This document shows, one piece after another, positions 1-12,535 of a stretch of DNA of 64,000 nt. The notes beneath the pieces are model-generated. The model was not told where the DNA came from. It saw only the letters and a program-made list of their open reading frames with translations, and made no database searches. The position numbers were made by a program, and so were the translations under genes. Location of the stretch: NCBI GenBank assembly GCA_964016885.1, contig OZ024742.1, positions 118,606,001 to 118,670,000 of the forward strand, written 5' to 3'. Source of the stretch: Eledone cirrhosa. Taxonomy: Eukaryota. Every line of letters begins with the position of its first letter. Position 1 is the stretch's first letter.

Positions 1-56
1 TTTCCTTCTCCTAGAATTCTGCCTTGACAAAGGCTAAGGGGTCATCTCTCCTGGTA
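1..56 (-). mobile_element. 5' part of an RTE-derived bipartite non-autonomous element (runs off the window edge)
   Basis: Near-identical to about 689-744 of the copy at 333-939. Homology ends just upstream of GGGAG and abuts (TACA)n. Confidence 0.8.
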
Positions 57-332
57 ATACATACATACATACATACATACATACATACATACATACATAC
101 ATACATACATACATACATACATACATACATGATGGCTGCCCCCTCGTTATCGAGTATGGCCATTGCACGAGAAAAAAAAAAATATATATATATATATATA
201 TACATATATATACATATATATTAATAACAATAATAATAATAATAACATACATACATACATACACACACACATACATACATACATACATACATACATACAT
301 ACATACATACATACATACATACATACATACAC
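57..332. repeat. (TACA)n, (TA)n and (AAT)n microsatellites enclosing an isolated RTE-type 3'-terminal hairpin (131-168)
   Basis: Tandem repeats are directly visible. GATGGCTGCCCCCTCGTTATCGAGTATGGCCATTGCA matches the terminal hairpins at 17159 and 18011. Confidence 0.85.
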
Positions 333-939
333 ATGGTGGCTGCCAACTCGTTTTCGAGTACGGCCACTACTTTATATCCATGTAGGAGAACCCCTACCGA
401 TGCGTTGAACGAGTGTGACTTATTAGTCCAGCCAGCGACTTGAAAACTCTGATACAAACACTGCACTTGTGACAATTATTGACACATAGTGCTGGGCCCA
501 TGGTACCATGTGATGACAAGTGCAGAGAGATCTCCAGATATAAAGCAATGCCTGTGCCGTGAAGCTTTTATAGTGAGCAAAGGCACTGCACAAAGCCAGT
601 CCCACTCTCTTAACCAAGATGATATTTACCAAAAAGAACAAGTCAACATCATTGATTACCATCAGGGTTGCAGGTGTTATATCAGAGTTTTCCTTCTCCT
701 AGAATTCTGCCTTGACAAAGGCTAAGGGGTCATCTCTCCCGGTGATTTTGGATGGCCAATGACTCTTAAGAGCTCCTTTGCTCTTTGACAGGTTTTGTTT
801 TTAGTCCTGCAGGATGTCCAAAGTCACCCTCCTCACCAAGAAACCTTGGTGGGGTTGCCAGTTTATTCGCCAACGACCCGACCATGAGACAGGTTATACT
901 GGGATACATGTTGCCAGTAGCACCAACTGGTGACCTGAC
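333..939 (-). mobile_element. RTE-derived bipartite non-autonomous retroelement, subfamily A (~600 bp)
   Basis: Near-identical to 16013-16600 and 34689-35295. Ends in a hairpin plus (ATGT)n tail. Retains the terminal C2H2 finger coding sequence (394-501, minus: MGPALCVNNCHKCSVCIRVFKSLAGLISHTRSTHR*), homologous to the RTE C-terminus at about 17352-17430. Confidence 0.85.
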
Positions 940-993
940 ATACATATACATACATACATACATACATACACACATACACATGCATGCATACAT

Positions 994-1026
<33 letters not shown>

Positions 1027-1089
1027 TACATACATACATACATACATACATACATACATACATACATACATACATACATACACACATAC

Positions 1090-1147
<58 letters not shown>

Positions 1148-1511
1148 TGTCCCAAAAAAGATTTATACACACTTTGACTACCTGTACAGGCAATATTTAT
1201 TAGAATGCTGTTGAAGTGTGTATTTGAGAAACCTTGTGTGTGTGTGGTCGTTTGGTGTAGTAATACTACTACACCAAACGACCAGCCCTGTCCATTGTTC
1301 AATTGGTCAAATATAGATTAAAATAGGCACTCCCAAAAATTATTATTTAGATAAAATAATCCATATACTCATTGTATTCTCATTAAAAACCTTCTATATA
1401 CTTGTTTACCAGCAAATTGAATTGCCATCTGTCATATACTATCCCCTCTCTTCTTCCTTTCTTACAACTAATATAAATACTTCAATTTTTCTGAATTTTT
1501 CCAATTTATCC

Positions 1512-1631
1512 AATATCTCTGAAGAAGTGACAACTGATTATACATTTGCTATCGAATACTTGCTAACATTATATGATTACGCAAGCAGCGATACATAGGT
1601 ATTCCGTCTGTTACAGAAACACATGTCAATA
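1512..1631 (+). ncRNA. Degenerate type I hammerhead ribozyme-like motif with long stem II insertion
   Basis: CTGAAGA (1519), gtgaca...tgttac stem, GAAA (1616), C-ACAT-GTC. Stem I is poorly paired. Confidence 0.45.
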
Positions 1632-1924
1632 CCTAATAAATTCCTTTATAAAAGCACTTTCATTTTATATTCATCTTTTCTACATTTTCTCCGGAATATA
1701 ATTTATACTCGTTGAGCAAACCTACACGTACGCAGTTCATCTCTAACGTGACGATATATTATATTGATAACCTGGAATTTTTATATATATATATGTAAAA
1801 GTTCTATTTAAATTGTTGGGATACAACAAGCAAATATTTTTATAACTGATATAAAGCACTCAACAAATAATTGGAGTAAAAATACGATATTAACAAATGG
1901 AAACTGTATTTATAAAACCATATT

Positions 1925-1989
1925 TATTTCATTATACATATTTCAAGGACACCAAGTTAAATTATGGTGTGCTTTCATCAGATAAAATA
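1925..1989 (-). ncRNA. Type I hammerhead ribozyme (minimal stem III)
   Basis: Minus strand reads TATTTTAT-CTGATGA-AAGcACACCA..TGGTGTcCTT-GAAA-TATGTA-TA-ATGAAATA. Core and all three stems are present. Confidence 0.75.
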
Positions 1990-2064
1990 TAACATAGAGC
2001 AGTTTTATAAATAAATATTGACATACCCTTAAAGAATGCAACCATTACTGTTGGAAGCTCCCGG

Positions 2065-2108
<44 letters not shown>

Positions 2109-2270
2109 GGTAGGTTGTTTCAAGTATTGTGGAATATGATATATATATATATATATTTATTTATTTATTGTGTCATACTATTTTCACTCTACATCCTCCC
2201 GACAACAAACAATGCTACTGTTTATTTTGAACTTCAGTCACAAATCATTCATTTCCAGTAAGTAAATTAA

Positions 2271-2477
2271 CCCTTTAGCATTTAAACCGGCCATATACGG
2301 CTAGAATTTTCTCACCTCTTCTGTTCAAGCCGGCCATAACTCGCCACTCATACTGACATTAATGTATTGTTCTCAATATAAATAATAACATCATCAAAAT
2401 TTCATAGGTTCCATATTATGTGAAATAAAGCCTTTACCATGAAAATATAATACCAGAGTAATGTAAATGCTAAAGGG
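2271..2477. mobile_element. piggyBac-type MITE
   Basis: TIRs CCCTTTAGCATTTA / TAAATGCTAAAGGG flanked by TTAA / TTGA. Homologous to 56663-56870 and 62330-63040. Confidence 0.8.
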
Positions 2478-2809
2478 TTGAATAAAACTAAGTGAAAAGC
2501 TCTGCAAGATTCAAAAAAGTTCCAATTATGAAAGAAAGAGAAGCCAGTTTCTTAATAGTATTAATGCTCGTGCGAAATACCTTTACATAACTCTTAGTCT
2601 CTTGCATGTCATTGACACTAAAAGATCAACAAATTTCGATGTAACTTCACCTATAGTATTGAAGTATATTCGGCCTGCAGAATAAAGTTAAATAGAATAA
2701 ACAGTTTCATGTAAAGCTGTCTATACAAGAACAGTGGTATCGGCAAATACTTTACAATCTTGTTCAAAATGTGACTCTGAGCCTTGTTAATGGTAATGGT
2801 AAATACAAT

Positions 2810-2887
2810 CTTCTTCTTCTTCTTCTTCTTCTTCTTCTTCTTCTTCTTCTTCTTCTTCTTCTTCTTCTTCTTCTTCTTCTTCTTCTT
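2810..2887. repeat. (CTT)n microsatellite
   Basis: Directly visible. Confidence 0.95.
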
Positions 2888-2889
2888 CC

Positions 2890-3500
2890 CTTGAAATGTT
2901 GCATCGTTCTCGGAGCCTTAGAATATACACATGTCTTGATATGAGGTAGCATTCACTGGCAGTGGAGCTTGTATTGATGCTGGTTGAATGAAATTATGGA
3001 GCTGCAACTAAGTGAATCAGTTGCGAATCGACGATTCCCATTTACTTGTCTTCGATTGCATCTTTGCTACATTTATCCTTCCAGACAAAATATCTGGTAT
3101 GCCTGTATAGATAATGCCTTCTTTGGGGAACCCCGTGGGTTCTGCTGAATGTAGACCGTCGACTATGTGGCAACACATCTATCTCTATCCTCGCGTTGTA
3201 GAGGACAATGTGTTCTCTAGAACGGTTGCAGAGCAACTTCTCGACATAGGGCGATTCTGATGTGAATGGAAAACAGGTAAGTCTTCCAAAAGACCCACTG
3301 TCTGAAATGTATCGCTCATTGAAAGTCCCCATTTCATAGTTCACCATTTTTCAGCACCAAGGTCGTTTCTGAAAATAAATGTGATTTAGTCGCTTCCATT
3401 GGGGATGTATTTGTAGACGTTCTTCACGGTTCGTCATTTGTCTAGTGTTACCTTCTGGTCTTTCCTTGGTTTGATTGAATGAGTGTGGCCTTCAGGCTCA
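2890..3500 (-). mobile_element. Highly degenerate transposon coding remnant, possibly a LINE APE endonuclease
   Basis: ATG GGG GAC TTT-like 'MGDFN' similarity near 3320-3330 and higher GC than the flanks. Weak. Confidence 0.25.
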
Positions 3501-4061
3501 ACAGATCTTCCTCCGTATTCCAGTTATGAAATCTCCCTCACAAACATGGAATTTCTAAGTGATTCCGAGTTTTCGATGTCAATCTTGACTATGACCCTCT
3601 TTCTCTCTTTCTTTTCTTTTCTCTCTTTCTTTTCTTTTCTCTCTCTCATGTATATATATATATATGTATGTGTGTGTATGTGTGCGTGTGTGTGAGTATG
3701 TGCGCGTATGTGTTTGTGCATTATCTTAGGTGAACATCTACGCTTAGAATTTTTAAATATGAAATCCTCTTTGATCTGATACTGATAGAATTGATTAAAC
3801 CGGATCACACTATAAGTGCTTCTATCATGAACCACACGGGAAAACTTTAAATCACTTCTGCAAAGCAACGAAACACTCGGTAATTATACTGTTCTCTCGT
3901 TGCTGTGATTAGCAGTACCGAAAATGATACTTATTTACTCGCCTAACTGTTTGAGATAAGTTATAGTAAGTAATAATTCGTAACACTAAATACTTTCTTC
4001 TTCATGACATCATCTAACAACCATTGAACTTGTACACACGAAATTTATTATTTTAGCAAAA

Positions 4062-4366
4062 GGATAAGTGTTCAGAATGTCTCGGGAAAGAATCGCTGGA
4101 CAGATGTTACGGGCAAAACTAACTGGCAAGAAACCCAGGGGTAGACCCTCGAGCAAGATGGTTGGATAACATCCATGAGCTTGGCTGGTCACGCTTAGGG
4201 ATCCACCCAGATCAGTTGGAGACGGTTACAGGACACTGCCCCCACGACCCACTCAGGGAGTAGGAGGAGGAGGAGGAGGAGGAGGAGGAGAAGAAGAAGA
4301 AGAAGAAGAAGAAGAAGAAGAAGAAGAAGAAGAAGAAGAAGAAGAAGAAGAAGAAGAAGAAGAAGA
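4062..4366 (+). mobile_element. RTE-clade (Expander/REX3-like) LINE 3' end with (GGA)n(GAA)n tail
   Basis: Frameshifted translation VFRMSRERIAGQMLRAKLTGKKPRGRP..RWLDNIHELGWSRLGIHPDQL..LPPRP, typical of an RTE C-terminus. Confidence 0.75.
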
Positions 4367-6572
4367 AAACTGTTTCCACCGAAGGTCAAATCAAGATTTG
4401 AAACCTACTTCATAGTGAGCTTAACTGCATTTTATGATATATATGCAATGTTCAAACTCTGAAGGTTTTGTGAATGCTGAAGTGATATTGACATGCTTTT
4501 TAGAACTTTGGAATATAAGAAACGACCGTATACCGGAATAAATATTTTCCAGTATAATGTCTACGTTCTGCATCCAAACGTTTCCAATGCTAATTTTTGT
4601 CTTTCATCCTTCTCGCTGTTATCAAATAAATACTAGTTAGGTACGCGAAGTGGGGTTCAATCCAGTTGACAGCTTCCTTCCTTGCAGCTTTGTACTGATA
4701 TAACAAATCATTAATAATATTATTAGTAACAGGTCCTTTTGTATTGTAGCGCTTATAATATCTGGCAACATGTTGTTTCCATCTCGATGTGTTTTGTTTT
4801 GTTTCTTCGGTCATCATTTCAATTTCAAATCTAATAGATTACACTCTACATTAAACAAACGCTTTAAAGGAAGAGAGTTCTGATTTGTTGAAAATAGCAG
4901 AACAGGCAGCAGTTTGTATTTTTTCTCTTTCGTGAAAAACATTCAATCAAAATAAAGATTTGTAATAATGATTCCCGACCGTTCTGAACAAATCAGCCGC
5001 AGTGATCTTTGCTAGGTTGACGGGGTCGAATATATTTGTTTGTTTGTTTTCTCAGTTAAAATCAGTGGCTACTAAAGTAAATTAAGAGAAAACCGGTGTG
5101 TTGTGCTCATGTTGAAATATATACCTACTATGAAAGCAGAGACATAAATGGAAAGCAGAGACATAAATGAAAGCAGAGTTTAAATGGAAATAAAAGTTCC
5201 ATAAAACTCTAGTAAACAAACACAAATTTTCCATAAATTTCTGAATTCACAAATTCGAAAGACAACCGTAGTAAGATATCAGCGGAAAACGCGTTATGCC
5301 ATTCGATCATTTCTCCCTGTCCGTCTTTATGATTTCAAAAAAATAGAAATTTAGGTAAGTACTTTTATTACATTTGTTAACACTCATTTTTGTCGACCGA
5401 CCGTAAGGGAATCGAATTCGCTTCAAATATGAATATAGCCTCGATTATAGTTTGGGTCTTTAGATATTTTTTCTACGACGTTCATCAAAGAAAACAGGAT
5501 AAGATATATCATTTTCAGATCATGAATTTGTAGGAGAGGTGCATACCCCAATATATGCCTGATATAGACTTCAAGAGGACGAATAGCAAAATCCACTTGG
5601 AGAATTAAACCAAATGCTGCAAAGCATTTAGTCTAACACTTTATATACCCACTAAAATATAAAGAAACAAAGGTTTTCAATTAAATAATAAACAAATAAA
5701 TAAATAAATAACTGTTGCCAAAATTCATTATATTTAGTACCAAGAGACTCCGTTTTTGTTCTCCATTTAGAGTGGTTATGACAATTGTGTAAGGGGAAAA
5801 TTAGCTGTAATGAGTTTGTCTTGATATAAGAAATTTACTATGTAGCGTGTAAACTAATTTGGCATATTATCAATGTAACTCTTATATATAGCGAACACCA
5901 GGAGAGTAAGAGGTAATCTCCTGGAGGCGGCGGACGTGAGTGCGATCTGGTTTTGATTCTAACTTAACGCAAGTGTACCTTCCTAATTAATACGTTTGGA
6001 AAAGGAGTCTCTACTGAGCGAACAAGTGATGCTTCTTTGTGGTCGGTTAGCCTGTAGAAATATGAGCCAAATATCTCTCAAATCACATCCTTCCATCTTA
6101 CACTGGATAATGTAATCAATGCTATACAAAAGAAATAAAGCTCACTTAGCACTAAACAACCACAATGGTTTTAAAATGTATGAATGTCACAAAATCTTAT
6201 TTTGTTCTCCTACAAACATTATGGTGACTTTACCAATTACCGCCGGCGAATATGAGACAGCATTCAACGAAAAAATATAAATATTTTATCTCGCAAAGAA
6301 TATTGATTTTTAAATCGATTTTGCTTCAGTTGTGTGAGGCACAAACAATGTGTAGAGATTGGTGAATAAAACGAAACCAAAACTCTCCATTTCAAATAGG
6401 TCTGTATTCTTCACAAAATAGAAATCCTAAGAATAGCATACCATCTGTGATGATAAGATACTTCTGTGCCTAATTACATACATTATAGTGTTTCCTATTG
6501 GGCAAGGTATGTAATTGTATATTTGAGTTAACTGGACTGATAAAACAACTAAGTATTATTATTAATATATAA

Positions 6573-6745
6573 AGGCGGGGAATTGGCAGTATCGGTAGAG
6601 GGTCGAACGCCATGCTTTGTACCCTTTATTATCTGAGTTAAAATCCCACCGAGGTTAACTTTGCCTTTCGGCGTCGATAAAATAAAGTACCAGTAATGCA
6701 CTGGATAATTGCTGACCTTGTGCCAAAAGTAGAAACAATTATTAT
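6573..6745 (+). mobile_element. tRNA-derived SINE with MetaSINE-like core
   Basis: A-box-like TGGCAGTATCGG, B-box-like GAGTTaAAATCC and core GCCTTT..GTCGATAAAATAAAGTACCAG. Many copies occur in the window. Confidence 0.75.
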
Positions 6746-6843
6746 TACTATATAACAAACCTATGAATTCAAAATATTTGCTCTACGGATTTGATATATA
6801 TATATACATATATATATATTTTTTTTTTTTTATATATATATCA

Positions 6844-6970
6844 AAGTAATGTTGTAAATAAAAACCAGAAAAGCAAGAGAAACCAGAGATGTTACATTTC
6901 ATCATATCTGGTTACATTTCATCATCTCTGGTTTCTCTTGCTTTTCTTGTTTTTATTTACCACATTACTT
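6844..6970. repeat. Long inverted repeat (~48 bp arms)
   Basis: AAGTAATGTTGTAAATAAAAACCAGAAAAGCAAGAGAAACCAGAGATG versus its near-perfect reverse complement. Confidence 0.85.
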
Positions 6971-7279
6971 GTAGTGGCTTTCAAACCTCACAGTTCTCAT
7001 ATTCCACAATGCTTCAAACAATCTTCAATACTCTCATATATATATATGTGTGTGTGTGCACGCGCGCGCATTGTGTGTGTATATATGTGTGCGTGTGTGT
7101 GTGTGTGTGTGTGTTGTGCGTGTGTGCGTTGTGTGTATGTGTGTGTGTTCATTAATCAGGGGTGGTTTTACATTGATATAACACTAAAATGGCAGGCCAC
7201 CCCGAATCGGTCCTCTATTTTCTATTTTCTGTTTGTGTTCGACGTAACCCTGTTATCTAATGGAACTACTTCTGCAATT

Positions 7280-7355
7280 AACACCTGATGAAATCGTCTA
7301 AGTCTTTCATCATAATCGGATGATAAAGCTGAGCCATCTAAATATGTATAGTGTT
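7280..7355 (+). ncRNA. Type I hammerhead-like motif with GAAA changed to TAAA (likely inactive)
   Basis: AACAC-CTGATGA-stem II-TAAA-TATGTA-TA-GTGTT. Confidence 0.55.
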
Positions 7356-7506
7356 TTCGCGTAAATTTTCAGTCCAACATTCTGCTATTTTTAATGAATA
7401 CATAACTCCGTTCCAACACCAGCCACGGGATACCACATCTACGGTGGATGATTTGCATAACGTTGAGTGCTTTAATTTACTGCATCATCGTTTACTAACT
7501 AACTAA

Positions 7507-7589
<83 letters not shown>

Positions 7590-7594
<5 letters not shown>

Positions 7595-10500
7595 GAGAGA
7601 TTTATCCGCTTGTTGCACACCATTTGTTGTTGGTGATATAGTTCTAGTGCCACCCCTGTCCACAACTAGGGGACAGGGGATGGCGCCTTCAATTGTCAAC
7701 CGCTTTTCTGGGTATCCTGTCAGTTCCAAGGAGTGTTGTTTCTGTAAAGACCCCACGATGATTTTGGCCTCAATTCTTTTTAAAGTACCTTTCTATCGTA
7801 GTGTTCACACTACCAAGCGTCCCAACTACCTGTTATCACCTCAACCTTTTTCATAGCCCACAAAGGTTTTGTGTCCCATGCTAGTGGTTCATTTCCCTCA
7901 ACCTTCTTCAATTCTTTCTCATAACCTTATTGTCAGTGGAACAAGCCACATCTAGAATCAAACAGTGCTTCTTAACTTTGTTAATCCCCACAATATCTGG
8001 TTTGCGATGTTCAATTTTATGGTCACATTGGACCATAAAGTCCCACAGAATCTTGACGTGATCATTTTCTGTAACACCTTCTGGTTTGTCCTCATATCAC
8101 TGGCTACCTGTTTCTAGGCCGTATTTTCCGCATATCTGCCAATTGATTATTTTCCCTACGTTATCATGGCGTTGCTTCTATTCTTTCTGCGCCATCTTCG
8201 TGCACAGGCTGGTGATATATCACACACTTTCGTCTACGCGTCAGCTCCCGTAAGTTTGTTGTTTTTCACCTATTATAAAAACCCGTTTTGCTTTAAATTG
8301 TTTATACTTGTGTCTAAGGCGACCAAATTATGGAGGAGTTGGTCGTTTTCCCCTAATCTTTGGACTCTAAAGGGCTAAAGCTGCCATTGTTTTGTTTTTT
8401 CCCCCAACAATTCAAAAAGAAAACATGACAGTAACTGAAGCTTCTCCTCTCAGGAAGAACTTCAACATACACGAGAAAAGAGCAACGTCCCCACCAACGT
8501 TACCATTGTCACCACTACAGACATTCCCTACAAGGCCAACGTCCCCAGCACCAACAGTAGCAGCAGGGTTGGCAACGGTACCGGTACCAACAACCAAAAC
8601 TAAAGTTGTCGTGAGGCAGGTGATGGTTTTAATTTTCCACTACTCTACTGCCAAAGTCCACAACCATGAACGCCGCCGCCTCCACCTCCAGAACAGTAGA
8701 CACTAGTACCACCATCACTACCACCACCACCTCGAAAACAACAAAAATACAACACAAACAAACAACAAAAAGAATGTCAACAACAACAGTAACAAAGGCA
8801 AAAGCAACAACTGTAACAAAAACAATGAACATCTCTTTGGAATTGTTCAAACATTTTTTCTGTCAATCTACTTTCAGTTTCATCCACCTTCAAATACTTC
8901 AAATCCTCTATTTTACACAGCCCTGATCTTCTTACTTCCAGCAACAACGGTTTCCGTGGATTTTTTTAATACCTCGCCATTGTATTTTCTTGTCTTCTAA
9001 TGTTGTCTTGGCACCCCATCAGTCCTCTTCCTCCCCTTTTTCTTAGTACATATAATCTGTCTGTGTCGTTCTTAGTGGTAAATACTCCATATCTAGTCAA
9101 TATCTTCCCTGTCTTTCGGTCTAAACTGTTTAGTTCTATTGTCCACGTGATCATCCCTGCCCCATATATAAAGGGTGATACCACCCATGTATTGACAGCT
9201 TCCATCTTATTCCATCCATTTAGTTTCGACTTGAGAATAAGTCTCAGTCTGCGCGAGTATTCCACCTTAAATTTTTCTTTCATTTCCTCCTACATTATCT
9301 TATCAACTTCTTACCATAAATCTTAAAGTCGTCTGGAGACCTTTGAATTCATACCCAGCCATAGCTTTTTTCAAGATAATTGTCAGTGGTAGCATGCACA
9401 GTACAAACATCAGAGACGACAGGCTGTTCCCTTGGAATATACCTCTCTTGATTTCTATTGTTCCTAAATTTCTCCCATTGCTGTCAGTTCAGTCTTTCAG
9501 TCTTTCATACTTTTCCTTAAGAATCGCTCAACATTTGATATAATACCAAATAAGTTAACACATTCCATAATCCAAGAGTGCGTAATCATGTCATAGCTTT
9601 GCAGTAATCGATCCACGCTAAGGTGAAGTTAGTTTTCCTCCTATTGCTATCCTTAAGTATTGTTTTATCTATCAAAAGCTGGTCCTTTGTACTTCTACAT
9701 TTACGCGTGCAACCTTTCTGCTCATCTGGTAGAACTCCATTTTCTTCAACCTGCCCGTACATTATTTCTGCGATTATTCCAGTCAATAATTTCCCCATAA
9801 GTGGTTGGCATGTTATCGGTCTGTAGTTGTCTACCGCATTCCCTTTAGTGATATCTTTTAAGCACAAACCTGTTCTGACCTTTGTCAGCCACTCCTGTAT
9901 CACTTGATCAACATTTAACAATGTGTTGAATGGTCAGTTATTCGTTTATTCTTCTTGTGACGTAAAACTCCGCCAGATGCAGACTACGCATCAACATGAG
10001 GTATTTTTCTCCTCAAAGTTCGATCACCAGCAGCAGAGTTCAAAGAGCAAAGATCAAATCCAGTCCATAACTGTGACATTATCAAGCCATCGTTTTGGCT
10101 GCCGGCCTCTGTTTCTCTTACCAGCCAACCTTCCTTCCAGACATAACCTACTCACACTACGAGTTGATATTTTTATATGACCGTATAGTTTGAGTACTCT
10201 TGACTTGACAATTGATGTAATTGGTGACTAAATCTTTTGATCCATGACCTTGAACTCTGTCTAGTCTCAGAGACATTCAGTTGCTCATATTTTTTCTGGC
10301 TTTCTTCATATCTCTAGCTGAAATTACTAGATCTGCCTGTTTTGGGCAAACTGTTGTTAGTTTAAGTTCTTTTAACCATTCAGCTTCCTTCTTGTGCTCC
10401 TTCTCTTTACTCCAAATGTCGCTCCAAAACTTTTAACTTTCAATGTTGTCCGGTATAATCACTTCATCTGTACACTGTCCATTTATTTTTCGGTAAAATC

Positions 10501-11235
10501 TATTTTGGTCTACTCTGAATAGTCTATTTTGCTGATATGTTTTGTTTTTTGTTCGTATCTAGCTATCTTTGCTTTTTTTTGTTATGAGACGTTACTTGAG
10601 TTCCTCTGTTACTACTGTTTGGCCTTTTATTTCAATGCCATACTTTCTTTCCAGTGCTCTGTACTTTTTTTCATATCTAAGCTCCCCCTTCTCTTTTCGT
10701 ACTAAGACAGAAATGTCCTTCAAGAGGGTATCTATACTGGCCTGTATTCTCCTTTTCCACCATGGCTCTTTTCTTTGATCTCCCTAGTGTGTTTCTTTAC
10801 CATGACATATTTTCTGCTATAACAATGCTTGTTGACTTTATCAAGTCATTTGTTTCTGTAATGTTATTTGTTTTGATGTATTTCAGAACTTCATTTACCG
10901 TATATATTTCTTGGTTCAGCTTGCATTGGTCAACCTTCTTCAGGTTGCAAATACGACTCCTGTTGTCCTCCTGTAACCTTGCCTTTATTATGTCGTACAT
11001 TGCCTTCTCTTCACCTGTTATGTTTTCCAGAGAAACCATCTCTACCCTGTTTCTATAGGTTACCAGAAAAATGTTCACCCTTGTCCTCTGCTGTAGTTTC
11101 CCTTTCCTCAGTAAGACCTTCATTTTCACCATTTCTTGCACTGCTGTTTCCTGATACTCGTCTTTTGATAACTTTGAATTCCACTTCTGTTAACCAGCGA
11201 TTTTTTTTATTATTGCTCTGACTTGATAACTATTG
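7590..11235 (-). mobile_element. Decayed R4/Dong-clade non-LTR retrotransposon (RT + RLE), interrupted at about 8206-8829
   Basis: [40 protein letters not shown] (9586-9921), RLYVLRKRGGRGL (8966-9283), and RLE motifs KQRHDNV and LWDF..HRKPDIV (7950-8200). Confidence 0.85.
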
Positions 11236-11236
11236 T

Positions 11237-12195
11237 TGGCAGTATCTGGGTCCAATTCCCGTCGAGGTTAGCTTTGCCTTTCATCCTTTCGGGGTCGATC
11301 AAATAAAGTACTAGTAACGCACTGGGGTCGATTTGATCGACTTTTCCCTCTCCCAAAATTGTTGGCCTTGTGCCTAATTCAGAAACCATTAATTGAAGGC
11401 GGAGGATTAGCGAAGTCGTAATGGAGTCGGATTAAAATTGCTTCAGTATTTGTTCCAGCTCACTGCGCTCTAAGTTCAAATCTTTATGGCGTCGATAAAA
11501 TAAATCACCAGTAATGCACTGGGGTCGATTTAATCGGCTTTCTCCTCCCCCCCCCCCCCAATCGTTGGCCTTGTACCTATATCAGAAACCATTTTGGCAG
11601 TATCGGTAGAGGGTTGGACGCCATGCTTTGCAGCACAGTTACGTCCCTTTACAGACTGAGTTCAAATCCCGCCGAGGTTAACTTTGCCTTTCATCCTTAC
11701 GGGGTCGATAAAATAAAGTACCAGTAATACACTGGGATAATTGCTGGCCTTGTGTCAAAAGTAGAAACAATTATTATTAGTAAAATGCGGTGGATTGGCA
11801 GTATCGATAGAGCGTCGGACACCATGTTTTGTGGCATAGAGTTACGTCCCTTTACGGTCTGAGCTCAAATCCCACTGAGGTTAACTTTGTTTTTCATCCT
11901 TACGGGGGTCGATAAAATAAATCACCAGTAATGCACTGGGGTTGATTTAATCGACTTTCTTCTCCCCTTCAAATTGCTGGCCTTGTGCTTAAAGTAGAAA
12001 CAATTATTATGGTGGATTGGCAGTATCGGGAGAGGGTCGGACGCCATGCTTTCCAGCATAGTTACGTCCCTTTACGATCTGAGTTCAAATCCCGCCGAGG
12101 TTGACTTTGCCTTTCATCCTTACGGGGTCGATAAAATAAAGTACCAGTAATGCACTGGGTAATTGCTGGTCTTGTGCTTAAAGTAGAAACAATTA
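11237..12195 (+). mobile_element. Head-to-tail cluster of about 5 tRNA-derived SINE copies
   Basis: Repeated GAGGTTAACTTTGCCTTTCATCCTTACGGGGTCGATAAAATAAAGTACCAGTAATGCACTGGG units about 190 bp apart. Confidence 0.85.
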
Positions 12196-12401
12196 TTATT
12201 ATTTCTTTTTCTTTTACATCATTATGTGTAACCTACGGCAAGTGGGTAATTGCTTTCAGATACCTGCACAGAGAGAGCCATAAAAAGTACTTTGTTTACA
12301 TTGAATAAATGTATGCTTTGTACGTATAACTTGATATAAAAAAAATGGAGAATTATATAAAGTATGGTGGAGGAGACCTACATTCAAGAAGTGTCGCTTT
12401 A

Positions 12402-12535
<134 letters not shown>

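Noticed and set aside
1145-1173. Tc1/mariner-like TIR start (TA|CAGTGTCCCAAAAAAG)
   Set aside because: No partner TIR or transposase found.
11-1302. MYVC/HTYI-repeat ORFs here and at 12345-13726 and 17537-18064
   Set aside because: Microsatellite artefacts. Only the RTE-like portion of 17596-18048 has real homology.
11595-11680. tRNA-like A/B boxes
   Set aside because: No cloverleaf and always fused to the SINE core, so these are SINE heads rather than tRNA genes.
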